From Chrysemys picta bellii (lineage: Eukaryota): a stretch of DNA of 64,000 nt. Of the stretch, positions 40,890 through 54,991 are shown piece by piece. Made by a program: the position numbers and the translations under genes. Position 1 is the first letter of the stretch. Each line of letters starts with the position of its first letter. Below the pieces are notes generated by a model. It ran no database searches. It saw only the letters and a program-made list of their open reading frames with translations, and was not told the origin of the DNA. Location: assembly GCF_011386835.1 (NCBI RefSeq), contig NC_088795.1, positions 46,066,001 through 46,130,000 on the forward strand. The letters are read 5' to 3'.

Positions 40890-43800
40890 GAAGCTGCCTT
40901 TTGTCTTATGCAAGAAATAATGAAGCTGTGGTATCTCCAATGTCTACCTCAGACCCCCAGGATTTCAAAACTTTCCAGTGTTTGCTGCGCAGGGCGGCAG
41001 ATCCACTGGAAATTCCAGTGGAAGTTGTCAGGAGAAGTCTCACAAGTTCCTTGGACATCTTACACACCTTCATGCCTGGAACTCTTGCAGTGCCCATAAA
41101 TGAAGAGACCATTGGAGTCCAACAGGGTGCTTTGGCAGACCACCAACTTCCCTAGCTCTGACAGAGAGCAGATTGCTGCTACCAGGTGCTTTCATCAGGC
41201 TTTGAACTATTTTATATGCATCCTGTACATGGGTTGTTGGTGATAGCAGTGCCTGATGAGAAAACCAGACACTGTGGTCAACAGAAATCTACATCCTGAG
41301 ACAAAGAATGCTAGAAATTTTTATTTTTTTGGTTGCAAAAATTATTCATCAAGTTGGCAAATGAGAATCTCTAGTTATCAGGCCTTAGTGGCAAAATATG
41401 ATTACTTGAACTGGGAATCAATCTTCAAATTTGCTGACAAAATTCCACAGAAGAACAGAGGCCTGGAAATCTGTGGTTGTAGAGGAACAACTTGTAGCAC
41501 ACATCTCTTCAAGTGACTGGTCGATGCTGCGTACATGGCATCCAGTTCCATGGCCTCTTTGTCCTGATAAGATCCTTTTGGCTTCAGTTGTCTCGAAGCC
41601 CTAAAGGGGATGCGTGTAACAGTAGAGGCTGCACCGTTTGAAAGGTGCAAATGCTTCAATGCAAAGACTAATGAGCCTTTTCATTCTCAAAAGGACTCTT
41701 GAGCGATGCTGAGATCTCTAGGAGTTTGTGCTCTTGCATCAAAAAGAAAGCAATTTAGGCTTTAATCCTGTCAAAGTCAGTCCTATTATGCACAGTATAG
41801 ACAGTCTGAACTTCCCTCAAAATGCCAGCACTCCCAAAGGAGAGAATCTTCTACCTCTACTACATTTTTCTCACCAGGTTCTGTCTTCATCAAGGCAGCA
41901 AATATGACTTCTTGGTCAGGAGATAAGTGTAACTTATACTGGATCCTTTTTCCACCCCTTCCCCCCCACCCCCTCCCCATCCTCCTTTTGGGAAATATTA
42001 ATTTTATTTTTGTGGGGCCTGATACACCATCACCACAGATCTCTGGGCCCTAAAAACTGTAGAGATGAGATACTCCATCCAATCCCAAACCCTCTCTATC
42101 CAATTTCCCCAGCACTTTCTCAGGGACCCTGCTCATGAGTATGCTACTTTCAAGATTCAGAAGTGACTGAACTTCTTAGAGCAGTGGAAGATGTGCCTCA
42201 AAAATATATGGGCAAGGGGGGTTAATTCCCAAGAAAAAGGGAGCAGGCAGGCCCTCTATTCTGGATTTCTGAGGCAGCTGAACACCTTTACGTGCAGGCT
42301 GAAGTTCAGGTTGGTAACTCTGGCCTCAGCAATTCCAACCATAGATTCACAGGGCTGGCATTCAGCTCTTGAACTCAGACACTTATTTTCATAAAGCAGT
42401 CCATCCTGCCTACAGGAAATATTGAAGGTTCCAGGTGGACTATTCCCACTAGCAATGTAGAATCCTGCCATTTGATCTGTTGACAATACCATGGGTATTT
42501 ATAAAATGTGCAGAAGTAGTGGCAGTTTACCTGAGAAGACCAGGAGTCCAGATTTACCCATACTTAGATGTTTGGCTCATTAATGTGAATGCTCCACAAT
42601 AGGTGACCAATTTCACACAGCAGACAAGAGGTGGTCAGGAAAATTCGGATGAAACTTTTTTCTTTGGAATTTGCAGACTAGTCAATTGAACCATTCCAGC
42701 AAAAGTTTCAATTTTAATGACCTCCTCACGGACTCCAGGCAGGGCCAGCACTTCCAGGGCTTCCTAGCTCCCCTTCTTCCCTCCAAGATGGCTGCCAAGG
42801 GCCCTGAGCTCCCAAGATTACCAGCAGTGATGGCTGCCAGGAAATTGGGAACCTTGGAAACTGGACTTTGGACTGGATTTGACAATTTTTGTCAGACTGA
42901 TCTGCCCATCACTGAATAGTGGTCGTGAAATTTACTAGACTTTTGTTGTCAAGTTAATAAGAGTCTGGTCAGATTCATGGCTGCTATTCAGTGGTGTGCA
43001 CCTGTGAAACTGACAATCTTTTTAGTTTTGGTCATGGGCTCTTTAGATCTTCCAGGGTCTTTGGCTCTGTGGCTGCCTACCAAGTTGGCAACTGGGGATC
43101 AAGGGGAGCACGCTTTGGGAAATACTACATTCTATTGCTTCTGAAACACAATATTGCAGGATTTCAGTTTTTGATAATTTGCACTTTTGTTTTTCATTCC
43201 ATTTTGGGATGAAAAATATTTCTGAAAATTCAGATTTTCATAGAACTAAAATTTTGGTTTTTCAGTCATCTCTGCTGCATATTCTACAACTTTTCACCTC
43301 TCTAGGGCTCAAGGTAATTGAAGAGAAATCAGTGCTAGTTCCTATTTTAAGGATAGAAATTATAGGGGCAGTTCTGGACTCCACTACAGCAATGGCCCAT
43401 CTACCCCAGAAAGATTGCAATCCATAGCAGATCTTGTTAGCCACCTACAAGTTCATTCTCTGATATCTGTGAAATTTCGCCTCAGAAACTTCTAGGACAC
43501 ATGGCATCCTGCTTACACATAACTCAGCATGCCTGACTTCACATTTGGTGTATGGAAGAGTGGCTAAAGTCTGTATATCAACCCAACAGATATCACCTAT
43601 ACGTGAGGGTACAGGTCTTCCCAGAAGTCTTGTCATTAATTTGGTGGAAGGACCTTCTAGAAGTTTGTAAGGGAGTGCCCTTCTCTGCACCATTGCCATC
43701 AGAAACTTTGATAGATGCTTATTGGGTGGAGAGCCCACTTAGACAGTCTTCAAACAATAGGCTTGTGGGTACATCTACACAGCAGCTGGGATATGTAATT

Positions 43801-44695
43801 CCCATCTTGGGTAGACATCTGCACTAGCTCTGCTCCTAAAAATAACCACCCAACTACAATTCAAGCCAGCCTCTTGGATACATACTCAGGTGGCTAGCTG
43901 AAGCCACCACCTGTGCCACTGCAGTCACACTACTATTTTTAGGCGCTAGCTAGTGCGTGCATGTCTACTTGAGTTGGGAATCCCACCTCCTAGCTACTGT
44001 GCAAATGTACCCTTACTGCTAAGGGCCATTTATCAAGTGTGCACAGTATTCCACCAAATTCTTAAGAGTTTATTCAGATCATGATGCACAATACCACAGC
44101 AATGTGTATATGAGCAAGCAAAGGGTCTCATCCAAAGTTCTTGCTTAACATAGTGTCTGACTTCCATCTTATCAAAGTAATACCTCTGCCAGTCTTTTTT
44201 CCAAAGCCACATTCCAACAAAGGGGAAGCTAAACTTCAAATCTTAGACATACTTAGGGTACATTCCTTCCAACTTGATAGGTCTAAACCGTTTAGGGTAT
44301 CACTTAGGTTATTAGTCTGACCTCTGTCCCTCTCTTCATAAATTACTATCAGTGCTGGGGCTTTATCATTTTATTTCCATATGCATTAAGTTGTGCTGTA
44401 AGAGACTCACCTTTGAGGGTTACACATCCTTCCCTCCTCCACTATTATGGAATTCTGTAACACCTGGTTTCTGTAGTGGTGAAGGAATTGAGAGATGGTT
44501 GGGGACACCCTACCATTTATACCCTTAGGTTGGAAGTACAAGGATATTTTGAGGGTGCAGTCACAGTCCCAATAGATTCTGCTGGCCAAAATAATCTGAA
44601 CTTGAATGCATCGGACACTTGCGCAGCAACAATTGAAAATATATAGACAACACATCTCAAAGAATCGCAGTTACTGTTGGGTAAATATGATTCTT
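40890..44695 (+). mobile_element. Second decayed DIRS retrotransposon, 5'-truncated and interrupted by MITEs
   Basis: RT-like LQLFTSLGLKVIEEKSVLVP...IGAVLDSTTAMAHLPQ (ORF 43179..43427). Recombinase-like remnant ...SKVLA*HSV*LPSYQ / PKPHSNKGEAKLQILD near 44120-44260. Right end resembles the right end of the first DIRS copy. Confidence 0.75.
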
Positions 44696-45122
44696 ACTGG
44701 TATAGTAGCCATACACCACTGAGTTCTGTATTACACCCATGCCTCTTTTGATTGTAAGCACTCTATGGCAAGGACTTCAATACTTTTTTACACATCTGCT
44801 TATTGTAGAGTGGTCTGATTAATGTACAGGTGAGATGGAGCTTCAGGGGAGGTATGTTTTTGTAATGAAAAATGCAGTAAAGTTTTCAGACAAGAAATAT
44901 GGTTATGGATATTCTTGTCTGATGTTTCCTATGGAATTCATTACAGCTTCTAAGTCAACACTGGCCAGAATAAAGTTTGGGAATCTTAACTTTAACATAT
45001 ACAGATTTAGCTATTTTCTGCATCTTTCCTTAGTTCTACTGCCTTGGACTTCGATGATCGCTTCAGAATACATTCTTTGGATTTTTTTTTTTTTATTCTG
45101 GGAATTCTTATTTGCACTGTAA

Positions 45123-45254
<132 letters not shown>

Positions 45255-45745
45255 TAGCTTTATGTAAAATATAGTTTACATACAAAATCTGATCGAATAC
45301 ATAATGTCATGTCTAGATACTTTGAGCAGACATTCATTATACAACATGTTAACATTAATGGTTTCTTACATTTTTGATTTAGTTTAACAAATATTTGATG
45401 CAGAAGTACCCTTTAAATAAGCAAAGATTAATACCTTCTATTTTCATGTAATGCATTTTTATAAGTGTTGAACTCTCTTTAGATTACTGTTCATGACCAG
45501 CTATGACAGACACCAGTTTACTCTAGTTTTCAAAATCAAGGTACATAAAAGCACATCTATTAATTTATCATATCTCCATGTCTAACAAAAAAAAAAAATT
45601 CTTGAGTGCTAGATTTAAAAAAATTAAGAACTTTCAGAATGTTCTTTGAAATGTTAGTTTTTGTAGGGATGGGGAATCAAAGCATTGAAAACCAAATTCC
45701 CAAATGTCAGAAAACTAGCCAGATAGCTTGGTATAGTGTATTGAA

Positions 45746-46030
45746 GGCCATGTCTACACTACCCGCCGGATCAGCGGGTAGTAATCGATCTATCGGGGAT
45801 CGATTTATTGAATCTCATCTAGACACGATAAATCGATCCTCGAATCGACGCCCGTACTCCACCTTGGCAGGAAGAGTAAGCGGAGTCGACGGGGGAGCCA
45901 CGGCGGTCGACTTGCCGCCGTGAGGACGGCCAGGTAAGTCAAACTAAGATGCTTCGACTTCAGCTACGCGAATAGCGTAGCTGAAGTTGCATATCTTAGA
46001 TTGATCCCGCCCCCCAGTGTAGACCAGCCC
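45746..46030. mobile_element. PIF/Harbinger-type MITE, CpG-rich and probably young
   Basis: GGCCATGTCTACACT...AGTGTAGACCAGCCC termini. TSD not clean. Confidence 0.78.
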
Positions 46031-47714
46031 AAAGTGCCAAATAAAGAAGTGACTTACTGTTGAATCAATTACCTTGCTCATTCTTTTGTTGAAATATTTA
46101 TACATACTTCAGCAATGAAAAAAGACATGACCAGCTGTGAGTATATGATTTATTATGAAATAATTGTTTACCCTAAGAAGAAAATATCTTGTGACGGTGT
46201 AGTGGGTTAAAATTCTTCCTATACGAACACTGTTATGGCCTGATTTTTAATGCGCTGCAATTTCAATTTTGTAGTATTGGCCTGGATTCTTTTAATTGTT
46301 TTAGTAATCTAATGTTATTCTCTAAAGATACCATCTGTGCAGGTTTCTCAGATCTGGTTCTGATTAGAAATCCTTTGGTTCTGTAGGGTTTGTACTGTGA
46401 TGGCAATGGGGTAAAAATATAACCCAGAAACTTTTACAGTTGTCTCATCACCCTTTACCAAATTGCTGCCCTGTGAATGTTTTAGTTCTTTCTTGACCCA
46501 TTGTTAACAACGGCGCTGTGCATAGGAGACCATTCAATGGCGATCACTTCAGCTCTTCACTAGATCCCAGCAAGAAATTGTTGGGTGCCCTTTGCTTGTT
46601 GCAACCTTGTCTTCTACTTTGGTGCCTTGCTTTGACATCTGCTTGTTCTTCTGGCAGCACCCCAGCAGTGCTAAGGTATTGACAGGAGCAGGGGAACTGT
46701 CAGTTGTCTATTTGTTGACAAACTATCAATGTACACTGAACTCAGATTTGAGGATATCTTCCTAGTATCCACAGGCAAATGGATTTTTCAAGTTCTGACT
46801 ATAGCCTTTTCCCAAAGTAAATTTGGATGTCTGCTCTCTCCCCAACCTCAACAGTTATGGTCAATAAGTTGTCTACTGGTACCTGACTTTCTTCTAGTCT
46901 TTGAATAAATAGCTATTGGTATTAATTTTTCCTCCCTAGCAAATTCAATGCTATTGTGTAGAAGAGCATTTCTGAAAAGCTGACCACTTGAGCTCTTTTC
47001 CCAGAAACTGAAGTACAATGTTTTTATACAGAAATAACATAAACGTGGAAGCATAATACAGAATTCTAAATCAGATGTCCAGATATAGCTCTGCTCTAGT
47101 AATATCTGCAACATCGTAATGGTCAGAAATATGAGGGAAAGCTTAATAGAAGAAACAAAATTGGAAAAAATTAGAGAGGTTACATAGAAATTTTCAGGTA
47201 GTTTCCTCATGTATAATGTTTCCCAATATATACTTGCTTTACTCGTCAAAAGACAGTTAACACCATTTGTGATGGGATTGAATGGTTCATAGGATTCTTA
47301 ACAGAATAAGGGTACTCCTTTTTTTAATTACTTGTTTGATGCTAGATCAGATCAGTAATAACCAACAGTAATTTGCCTCTGACATGATACTCTGTGTTTT
47401 AGTTCCATTTCCTAATGGACAGAAATCTGCATCATAGGAACCACCACCATAATTGAGTACTTACTGCTACATGATTGTCTGCTTAGGACAGGCCCCAAAC
47501 TAGGATATAAGGTGGTGATATGGGTCAGGATTTAGATCATTGACTAAGCTGTATGCCAAAGTTTGGACTTTGCCTGTGAACCTAGCACTGTGTCTGGCTC
47601 ATGCCAGAGCTTGTGCTCTCTCTGTCATGAGCACTGAATTCACTCACTGTTTTTTAATCAGGTTGACCAAAAAATGTGAAAAACCCTTAATAAAAGGCCT
47701 GTATTTCTGTTTAG

Positions 47715-48093
47715 ACAGACTCTTTCAAGATGGGACAAGACTTTGTTAAAAATTCCCCCAACAGTGTGGACAGTCTGAACAACCTAGCTCTGACTTCCAG
47801 AATGTTGAATCTGGATACCACAAGCAAAATTCTGTCTACAGAAGCCATTCACTGTCTTAGCACTAGTAAAAGTACTCTAAGTGCCTCATCAGAAAGACTC
47901 TTACTGCAAGATGCTCCTAAAATGCAGTGTATAAATCAAACATTTTCAACCAGCAGCAGTAGCAATAAGAACTTCACCAGTCTGCAGGAGCACCTGATAA
48001 GTGAAGAAAGGAAAAGGGACACTTTACAGAGAGAATCACTAAGGTTCATGAAAGGAGTTATGGATGAATGTACCCATGTAGCTAATTTCTCAG
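47715..48093 (+). CDS. ABHD18: ABHD18 coding exon 10 (TDSFKMGQDF...MKGVMDECTHVANFS)
   Basis: 379 nt overlapping ORF 47730..48110, tttag| acceptor and G|gtactt donor. Confidence 0.96.
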
Positions 48094-48366
48094 GTACTTG
48101 TTTATTTTAATGTGGGGATTGGGATAATTGTCTAGAATAACCTTTTATTATCTGTGCAGTAATTTTGTATTCATACAGTTTTCTCAAAAAGCTTGTATAT
48201 TGAATTAGAAAGTGTGTCATGGTTGTCTTTATAGAATGGACACATCTTTTAAAAATATGTATATCAGATTTATATCTGACATGGATCATCTAGTTTTAGA
48301 GGAACCTCCTTTTTGACAAATACCCTGGTGGTTCAAAACCACTTGCTAAGCTATGTCAATCTAGAG

Positions 48367-48985
48367 CAGGGGGTGGGCAAACTTCTTGGCCTGAGGGCCA
48401 CATCTGGGTGGGGAAATTGCATGCAGGGTCACGAATGTAGGGTTCGGGTGCGGGAGTGAGTGTGGGGAGTGGGAGGGGGTGGGGGTTTACGAGGAGCTCA
48501 GGGAAGGGTGTTCGGGTGTGGGAGGGGGCTCAGCAGGATGTTGGGGTGCAGGATGCGGCGGGGGCTCAGGGCAGGGTGTTGGGGTGCAGGAGGGATGTGG
48601 AGTGCGGCGGGGAGTTGGGGTGCAGGAGGCATTCAGGGTGTGGACTCCGACCCAGCACCACTTATCTGGAGCAGCTCCAGGGCGGCAGCAGCGCACACCG
48701 GGGCCAGGGCAGGCTCCCTACCTGCCTGCCCTGGCCCCGGGATGCTCCCAGAAGCGGCTGGCACTATGTCTCTGTGGCCCCTGGGGGAATGGAGCAGAGG
48801 GCTCCATGCGCTGCCCTCATCTGTGGGTACCTCCCCCGGAGCCCCCATTGGCCGCGGTTCCCCGTTCCCAGCCAATGGGAGCTGCAGGGGGTGGTGCCTG
48901 CAGGTGAGGGCAGCACGCAGAGCCCTCTGCCCCCCCACCCCTCCAGCAATCCTGTGGGCCAGATCCAGTAGTTTTCCCACCCCGG
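48367..48985. mobile_element. hAT (Charlie-like) MITE
   Basis: CAGGGGGTGGGCAAAC...TTTTCCCACCCCGG termini. TSD atctagag/atctagaa. Confidence 0.85.
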
Positions 48986-49417
48986 ATCTAGAAATATGCA
49001 TAGAGGGATGCTTCAGGAGCTCCACCAAGTCTCTAAGTCCGGTTTCAACTTGTGTTTATTTGTTTTGTTTTTCTCTTAAGAAGTATATTGGTATATTACA
49101 CAAAGTGTGATTACATCTAGCAAGTGCCTGTAACATGAGCTCATCTTCAGGTATTGCTGGGGCTCTTTTTTAAGTGGGAAAACATATTTTCTAATCCTCT
49201 ACTTCTCTATGCAAGCATGCATACCCATGGTATGTGATTTATTACATATTTAAAGGGATGCCTGGATTTTTCTAGAAGTTCATTTTGAAATATGTTTAGC
49301 ATATCACTGTTTACCAGTGTTATAAAACCACAGGTCCTCTTTAGAGGTCAAGAGATGGCTGTGCTGAATATTATCTTATCCCCTCAGTTTGTCATCAGAT
49401 TACCCCATAATGAGCAC

Positions 49418-49554
49418 CATAGGTGCTGGAACTAGGTGTTATGGGGGTGCTGCCGCACCCCCTGTCTTGAAATGGTTTTCATTATATATAGGGTTTACAG
49501 TTTGGTTCAGTGGCTCTCAGCACCCCCAACATACAAATTGTTCCAGCACCCCTG
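49418..49554. mobile_element. Short hAT MITE
   Basis: CATAGGTGCTGGAAC...GTTCCAGCACCCCTG termini. TSD atgagcac/attagcac. Confidence 0.82.
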
Positions 49555-50221
49555 ATTAGCACTGAACCTATGGAAGTTATCCATAATTAAAATTACTGCA
49601 GAATTACATTATAAAATTGATTTTTGTGCTCACCTCTCATCTCAAAGCAAAGACCCCCTCTACCTCTATCCCTCCCCCGCCCCCGTGTGATATTGAACTC
49701 ATATTGGTGGGCTATGTCTGTCTGAAATGAAGCTGTTTGCAAAATTTGATGTTACCTGGATAATGAATTCCTGACTTGCAGTACCCCAAAAGGAGAGGTT
49801 TATGAGAGTTCAAAAAATCTTCTAACTTTTTTACCATCTTGTAACAAACACAGAAGGTCAAGGATAAATAAAATTTTGTTCACTGACTCTCCCAGCAGAG
49901 ATCTAGTACCAAGGATCAAAATATAGTTATGTAATATATCTTTTATTTTTGCAACTACACTACGGAATATATGCTCCATTGAGCTTAATACACTGTGTCC
50001 AAGGATGGCTGGAGACCTAAGCTTTCATTTAAAGAGTTTCTCGTCATTTTCCATGCAGAGAGCTCAAAGTGTAACCTGATCATTAGGGAGACTTGCCAAT
50101 GAAAACAAGAGATGCCCCCCAACACATGTGCGCTTTTCCTACTAGCCACATTCCAGTAGCTTCATAAGTTACTGAGGAATACTGATTTGGGAGTAGAAAA
50201 CAGTTTAGTCAGAAAAAGTGA

Positions 50222-50428
<207 letters not shown>

Positions 50429-51614
50429 TGAGAAGTAATGTATAAACAGGGAAGCAAAAATATGGTTGTGATCTTTCCCTAATACCACATTTTTGAGGGA
50501 ATTAGTTTTCTACATTGGCATGTCATTCTTCTTTTTTAAAAAACAACTTGTATTACTTTTCATTCAGTCCACTCATTCATTGAACATTATAATTTATTTC
50601 ATAGCCAGTGTATGTTCAGCAGGCAACAATTGCCCTACGTTTATTTTTGCAAGTGTTGTCTTTGTTAGAATGAAAAGTAGGTGAAGTCCAAATTTTAAGA
50701 TATTAGCTTACCTGTCAGATAAGTAATATGTTGCTATAACTCCAGACTTAACATTGCATCTCAACCTTCTGAAATGTTATTTATATAAATACAATTCTTA
50801 AATCTTAATAAGTTACAATAATATAACACTCCTGATGTACTAAATTCCCTGGAGATGCAGGGATTAATGAGGATTGGATAGCCCATTTGAAGGAGTCCAA
50901 ACAAAAAAGGAAAAGATCAACATACCAAGGTTCAGGGTCAATATCTGTGTAAAATTAGCATAGTTTTTGAAAGATGTCGCAATAAATAGAAAATACAGAA
51001 GAGAGATCTTTGTGTGATCAGAATTTCTTGAGAGAGAGTTGAGTACAAAAGGCCCTGATCCAACAAAGCATGTGCTTAACTTTAAGCATCAACTGCTCAC
51101 ATAAATGTTTTGCTGGATTGGAGGCCAAAGAGACAGGGGAAGTGATGTGAGGGGAAAAAGAATTCCTAGTACCAAATTAGAGCTGAAGAACACTTTTTTT
51201 TTTAAAAAAAGCATGGCCATGTGGACACAATCCTCTCCTAATATCATCTTTGGTTTAATCACATGAGATCAGATGGGCTGGAGAGTTGTTCCCATCAGTC
51301 TAAATAATTTCTGAAATGCGACACTGGAGAGCATTAGACTCTGTACTCGCAGTACATATATAATTGTTTAGAATGACTGGCATTCTGCATATGAATTTAA
51401 AGGTATTTTGCTCAGTATTAGAGTCTTCATTGTTGCTGCCTCCCTCTCCTTTTTGCAGTGCTTACATTGTCAATGAAATCTTTCTAAGTTTGGGGTAAGG
51501 TTGATTGGATATTTGTGGGCAGCCCTCTTGTGAAAAATGTTTCCTCCTTTCTCTGGCTTCCTTTTGTTCAATGTGTGATTTATTAATGTGTTAAATAAGT
51601 CATGTTGTTTGTTT

Positions 51615-51785
51615 ACAGTGTTGTAGCCATGTTGGTCCCAGGATAGTAGAAAGACATTGGATCAACTTCTGTTGGTGAAAGAGACAAGCTTTCAAGCTTA
51701 CACAGACATGAAAAAGAGCTCAAAAGCTTCTCTTTCATCAACAGAAGTTGGTCCAATAAAAGATATTATCTCACCCACCATATCT
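51615..51785. mobile_element. Palindromic Penelope-like remnant (second family)
   Basis: Inverted arms caacttctgttggtgaaagagacaagcttt and aaagcttctctttcatcaacagaagttg. Confidence 0.6.
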
Positions 51786-52729
51786 CTCTTAGTGTTTTGT
51801 CTCAGACTTGTGGACCACTTCCCTGATTTCTCTGAGACATTCCAGTTCCCATACTTCAAGCAATTGCAATGTAGGGCCTCATTAATATTTGTTTACCAAC
51901 TCCTTTGCTTTTGAGGAATTCAGATTTTACACAAATATCTTGTATTTCTAGCTGACTAAGTGAAATTCCTCACATTTGGGAAGTCTTGGGAACTCTTGTT
52001 ATTTAAAATGTTATTTTTGCCTGACTTAAACTTTTGAGTTAAGCCTATTTACATATTTAATCCTTGGCTAGTCAGATTGCCATTTATGTTAATAGATTTA
52101 CTAATGTGGAACCCTGTGCATGCTGGTTTTAGACCACTTGTTTATTTCACATAGATAACTGAACAGCTCTTGGTGAGGATTCTGACACTTACTGCCCTTT
52201 GCTGCGTTTGAACCAGTATCCTTGAAATGTGCATTATGCCATTTTTAATCCCCCTGGAGTCATTCAGCCTCATAACAAGTAAATGTTAACCTTCCAAAAA
52301 TAAGAAGGTTTATGGCTCTAAACCTGTACCTCATTTCAACTGCTTTGTACTGGTGCAAAGAAGCCCTAAATCCAGTTTTTGGAAAATCTTGTCTGGTGTG
52401 TGTGGATCCTTTAGCTGTCATAGAAGCTACCACACCACATTCTCCTACCATGTGGGGTCTGGTTTGGCTCCCTATGCCAGGCAGATTCCCAGTTGTTGTA
52501 GGGGGTCATTGGGACATTTGGCAACTGGTGCAGATTAGAGCTTGGGGTTGGACGGGCATAATGGTGGTGGATCAGGGAAATTAAGAGCTCTCACCCTCCT
52601 CAGGTGTACCAAGCACTTCTAAGGCCCTATTTTTACAAAGGGGGGGGAGGGGAGAAGCAGCCTGCATCTACCCCTTCCCAAATTATACTAGTAGCCTGTA
52701 ATTCTTTCTCTCCATATTCTCTCTTTTAG

Positions 52730-52781
52730 GCAAGCCATTTATGATGCATTTGAGCGCTTTCTCCAAAAATATGCTGTTTAA
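52730..52781 (+). CDS. ABHD18: ABHD18 last coding exon (QAIYDAFERFLQKYAV*)
   Basis: ttttag| acceptor, TAA at 52779-52781. The 12 exons sum to 1395 nt, an exact multiple of 3. Confidence 0.96.
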
Positions 52782-53715
52782 TGGTCTTCATTATTAATTT
52801 GCTCAATGGGGTCTTGTGTGAGCTTTCCATGTCTGGAATTGCATATTGGCGTGCTTTGGAAAGCCAGCCAATTACACCAATACTGAATGGATGGACACCA
52901 ACACTGAATGTCATACCCAGCAATTATCAATATTGGCAAAGCATTAATAATAGTAGTTTCAGTTCAACCAAATGCCCATCTAAGACATATCTGCATTAAT
53001 CTGAACCATGAAAATTTTGGTAACATTTGTTAATGTATGAGGGATTCTATGTACTTCATATCTACTATTTTATCACTTCACATATGACATTCTGTTCTGA
53101 AGTTTGCATATCCGCTGTAAAAAGACCAATAGAATGCCAATAGAACTGTTCAAATCTATCCTTTAGAATTTTAACACTTCTATATTTAATGCATTGCTAT
53201 TTTTTCCAGTTACCAATTTTTTCCCCGCCCACACTGTTTTGCCCGCTTTTTCCTGTGCTGTTGCTAAAGATGTGTTTTTTAAAAAGAGCTCCTCCTGCAA
53301 GCCCAACTTCATGTGTTTCATTGCCATTGTTTGTGATTGTCCCAAATTCACTGTCGTGATTTAAAACTGCAGGAATAAATAAGAGAAGATGGACAGCAAT
53401 GGGAATAGAAAAGTCTCTCTCAAAAAAGTGTTATCTAGGAAAAAAGTAAATAAAGGCATATTTTATTGACATGTTTGAAAGCTTTCTCTATTATGGAAGT
53501 CCTTTTTTATTTAAAAAAAAAAAAAACACGATCACAGTAACTGTATAGATGTTCACAGCTGAAAAAAGAGTAACTGAAAACAGAGCACCCAGTAATTGAT
53601 TTTTACATATTGTATAATTGAACAATGTACAAGTCTGGTCCCATCAGCATTTTATAATAGAATTGCTGTAACTGAAAATAGCTTCTTGGGAGTAATCTGA
53701 ATGCAGAATATAATA

Positions 53716-53934
53716 CAGGTTTGTCGCATCTTACATGCATTTAACAAGCGCGATTTCAGCTTTACGCGGTCGGCAAAAACAAAACAAAAAGAGAAAAATA
53801 ACAACTTTAATACTGTACCTGTAGTGCGGGTGATTCCGCCCGCCATTGAACTCAATGTAATTTTGAGTATACGCTGTTTTCGCTTTACGCGCTGACCGCG
53901 GAACGTAACCCCAGCGTAAGATGAGACAGACCTA
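53716..53934. mobile_element. Tc1/mariner (Tigger-like) MITE in the probable ABHD18 3' UTR
   Basis: ta|CAGGTTTGTCGCATCTTAC...GTAAGATGAGACAGACCTA|ta. Confidence 0.8.
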
Positions 53935-54157
53935 TAGCACAAAGACTGTTGATTCTATGTATTGTTTAAAGCACCTTATATTCTGCTGTAGAATTAAGAC
54001 AACCAATGTTTCAGATACGTGGACAGTCCTTTTTTTAAAGTGTAATCAGCACATGGCTACAAACATACCTTTCTTTTTACAACATGTTAGAGTTACACAG
54101 ACTACATTACAGAAGATGGCAGTTTAGATCTTCTGTAATCTCTCCTAATTTTACAAT

Positions 54158-54228
54158 AATAAAAGTTTTTTTTAATTGGATGAAAGTACAATATTTAGGA
54201 TTCTGAGCATGTTTAAAGAATTAATAAA
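54158..54228 (+). terminator. Candidate ABHD18 polyadenylation signals (AATAAA at 54158 and 54223; another at 53374)
   Basis: Hexamers read directly in the AT-rich 3' region. Which one is used is unknown. Confidence 0.4.
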
Positions 54229-54791
54229 AGTTGTATTCTCATACAAGACATGAAACTTAATTTAGTAAACTAATAACACATCCATAGTTTAAAAGTAGTT
54301 ATCCATTAAACACTTTGGCAGTACTATTTAAAAGTATTAGATTGGGGAAGGAAGCTACAGTGAAGCAAGTTTTTTAGCATTGTTTTGATATAGAAGATGA
54401 CTGGGAATTACAAATCTTTTTTTTTTTCAGTTCAGTGTAATAGTATTGGATATGTGCCTTTCATCTTTCAAGCAGAGCATTTAACTTCATTAAGTTTAAA
54501 TGCTGAAATTTCTACTTTACATATAAAGGACATGGAGCAAATAAAATTTTGCTTGTACAAACACACTCTTGAAAAAAATAATCTTGCAAATGAGGACTGT
54601 AAATGGGACCAGATATGTCTATCTGTAAACTGGATAACAAGTCCAGGAAAAACTGAAAAACACACATTTGTAGTAATTAAATTTATTTCGAGATCCAAAT
54701 GTACTCTAAACTCTGCCATAGTACTTTTCTTTTAATTGAAATGTTTAAAATGGAATTTGTTACCTTGATGCAGTGTTTGATAGAAAATGTA

Positions 54792-54991
54792 CACCTCTAC
54801 CCCGATATAACGCTCTCCTCGGGAGCCAAAAAAATCTTACCACGTTATAGGTGAAACCGCGTTATATCGAACTTGCTTTGATCCCCTGGAGCGTCAACAC
54901 CTCCCCCCCACCCACCCACCCAGAGCGCTGCTTTACAGCGTTATATCTGAACTCATGTTATATTGGGTCGCGTTATATTGGAGTAGAGGTG
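54792..54991. mobile_element. Full-length Tc1/mariner (Tigger-like) MITE
   Basis: ta|CACCTCTACCCCGATATAAC...GTTATATTGGAGTAGAGGTG|ta. Confidence 0.88.
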
